64,000 bases of DNA from Candidatus Bilamarchaeaceae archaeon. Its GTDB lineage: Archaea > Micrarchaeota > Micrarchaeia > Anstonellales > Bilamarchaeaceae. Every line of letters begins with the position of its first letter. Position 1 is the stretch's first letter. The notes beneath the pieces are model-generated. The model was not told the DNA's origin and made no database searches. It saw nothing but the letters and a program-made list of their open reading frames with translations. Below, one piece after another: positions 62,527 through 64,000 of the stretch. The stretch spans positions 32,001 to 96,000 of the forward strand of contig JAVZJR010000004.1 in the NCBI GenBank assembly GCA_038870635.1, given 5' to 3'. Position numbers and translations under genes: made by a program.

Positions 62527-64000
62527 ATGATAAGTAAGATTAGAAAAAGAGACGGCAAGATAGTTGATTTTGACAAGGAGAAAATTGTGAATGCTATTTT
62601 TAAGGCAGCACAAGCAGTAGGTGGTAGTGATCGAGAGGAAGCAGAGCGAACCGCAAACTTAGTAGTAAAAATGATAAACGAGAAATTCAAGGATGATTAT
62701 ATACCTTCTGTCGAAGATATTCAGGATTTAGTTGAAAAAGCACTTATAGAGGCTGGACACGCTACTACTGCGAAAGCATACATTCTCTATAGGCACAGAA
62801 AAAATGTCGAGCGCGAAATAAAGAAAATGCTTGGTGTAAAGGATGACTTAAAATTACCTCTTAACTCAATACAAGTTTTGGAAAGAAGATACTTAATGAA
62901 GGATGAAACTGGAAAGGTCATAGAAACGCCAAGCCAACTTTTTAGAAGAGTGGCTAAATTTATCGCCTCCAATGAGATTAATTACGGCGGCGACGATGCT
63001 TTAGTGGCAGAGTACGAGCAAGCATTTTATGAAATTATGACTAATTTTGAGTTTCTTCCAAATTCACCAACTCTAATGAATGCGGGTACTGATGTCGGTC
63101 AACTTTCTGCTTGTTTTGTACTTCCTGTTGAAGATGATATAGAAAAGATTTTTGATGCAGTAAAATACACAGCCATAATACACAAGAGTGGTGGTGGGAC
63201 TGGTTTTTCATTTTCACGTTTGCGTCCAAAAGGAGATATAGTGAAAAGTACTGCAGGTGTTGCTTCCGGTCCGATATCGTTTATGAGGATATTTGATGTT
63301 GCAACAGATGTAGTAAAACAAGGCGGAAAAAGACGCGGTGCAAACATGGGAGTGCTTGATGTTTGGCATCCTGATATAGAGGAATTTATAACGATGAAGC
63401 AAACACCTGGTGTATTTGAAAACTTTAATGTCAGCGTTGCGGTAACTGATGAGTTCATGAGAGCAGTTGAGTCTAACGCTCCATTTATTTTAAGAAACCC
63501 ACGTACAAAAAAGCCTGTTCGTGAGGTAAACGCACGTAGTCTATTTAAGCTTATCGCATACAGCGCTTGGAAATCTGCTGAACCTGGTGTTCTTTTCATA
63601 GATGAGATGAATGCTAAAAACCCAACGCCTAAATTTCCTATATATTCTACCAATCCTTGCGGCGAAGTGCCAATGCCTGATTATGAATCGTGCAATCTTG
63701 GAAGCATAAATCTTGAGAAATTTGTGGAGCTTGATTGGACACGCGGAAACTGGAGAAAAAAAGTTAATTGGAATAGGTTAAGGTATGTTGTTCGTCTTGC
63801 TGTTCAGTTCCTTGATAATGTTATTGACCTTAACAAGTTCCCCATACCACAAATAAAAGAGAGAACGCAATACAACCGAAGAATTGGGCTCGGGGTGATG
63901 GGATTTTCAAAAATGCTTTACAAAATGGGAGTTAGATACGGTTCAAAGGAATCGCTTGAAATTGCGGAGGAAGTAATGAAATTTATAACTGAAGAAGGAA
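62527..64000 (+). CDS. nrdJ: Class II (AdoCbl-dependent) ribonucleotide reductase with N-terminal ATP cone (runs off the window)
   Basis: Manual translation: IRKRDG ATP cone, PNSPTLMNAG, LSACFV, QGGKRRGANM, TNPCGE, CNLGS, RRIGLGVMG. Confidence 0.92.
   Translation, partial: MISKIRKRDGKIVDFDKEKIVNAIFKAAQAVGGSDREEAERTANLVVKMINEKFKDDYIPSVEDIQDLVEKALIEAGHATTAKAYILYRHRKNVEREIKKMLGVKDDLKLPLNSIQVLERRYLMKDETGKVIETPSQLFRRVAKFIASNEINYGGDDALVAEYEQAFYEIMTNFEFLPNSPTLMNAGTDVGQLSACFVLPVEDDIEKIFDAVKYTAIIHKSGGGTGFSFSRLRPKGDIVKSTAGVASGPISFMRIFDVATDVVKQGGKRRGANMGVLDVWHPDIEEFITMKQTPGVFENFNVSVAVTDEFMRAVESNAPFILRNPRTKKPVREVNARSLFKLIAYSAWKSAEPGVLFIDEMNAKNPTPKFPIYSTNPCGEVPMPDYESCNLGSINLEKFVELDWTRGNWRKKVNWNRLRYVVRLAVQFLDNVIDLNKFPIPQIKERTQYNRRIGLGVMGFSKMLYKMGVRYGSKESLEIAEEVMKFITEEG

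Noticed and set aside
62400..64000. Cobalamin riboswitch or intein at nrdJ
   Set aside because: The upstream region is short and AT-rich without a B12 box; the visible protein motifs are contiguous with no intein insertion

Overview
AT-rich archaeal chromosome segment, most likely a DPANN archaeon of the Micrarchaeota type. This is inferred from the split rpoB/rpoA, the compact gene content and the intron-rich tRNAs with non-canonical introns; it is not proven. The window is mostly core information-processing genes: the exosome/rpl37ae/rpoP/pcc1/pfdB cluster, rpl18e-rpl13-rps9-rpoN-tRNA-rps2, the rps17...secY-adk-serS ribosomal operon, ftsZ-secE-spt5, rpoH-B''-B'-A'-A''-rpl30e-nusA, kae1, aIF5A and a class II ribonucleotide reductase. 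Lineage-specific accessory genes are interspersed. All four tRNA genes carry introns (five introns in total). The most striking observations are: (1) the 39-nt tRNA-Cys intron looks like a minimal single-K-turn box C/D guide aimed at G39 of its own tRNA; (2) a ~142-nt multi-stem RNA with a K-turn forms the leader of the rps17 operon; (3) tRNA-Ser overlaps the 3' end of nusA; (4) several proteins are unusual for archaea (PPR-like repeat protein, lytic-transglycosylase-like protein, membrane protein with degenerate GGDEF-like domains, cysteine-free Rpo12). No CRISPR array, rRNA, transposase or integrase was recognised.
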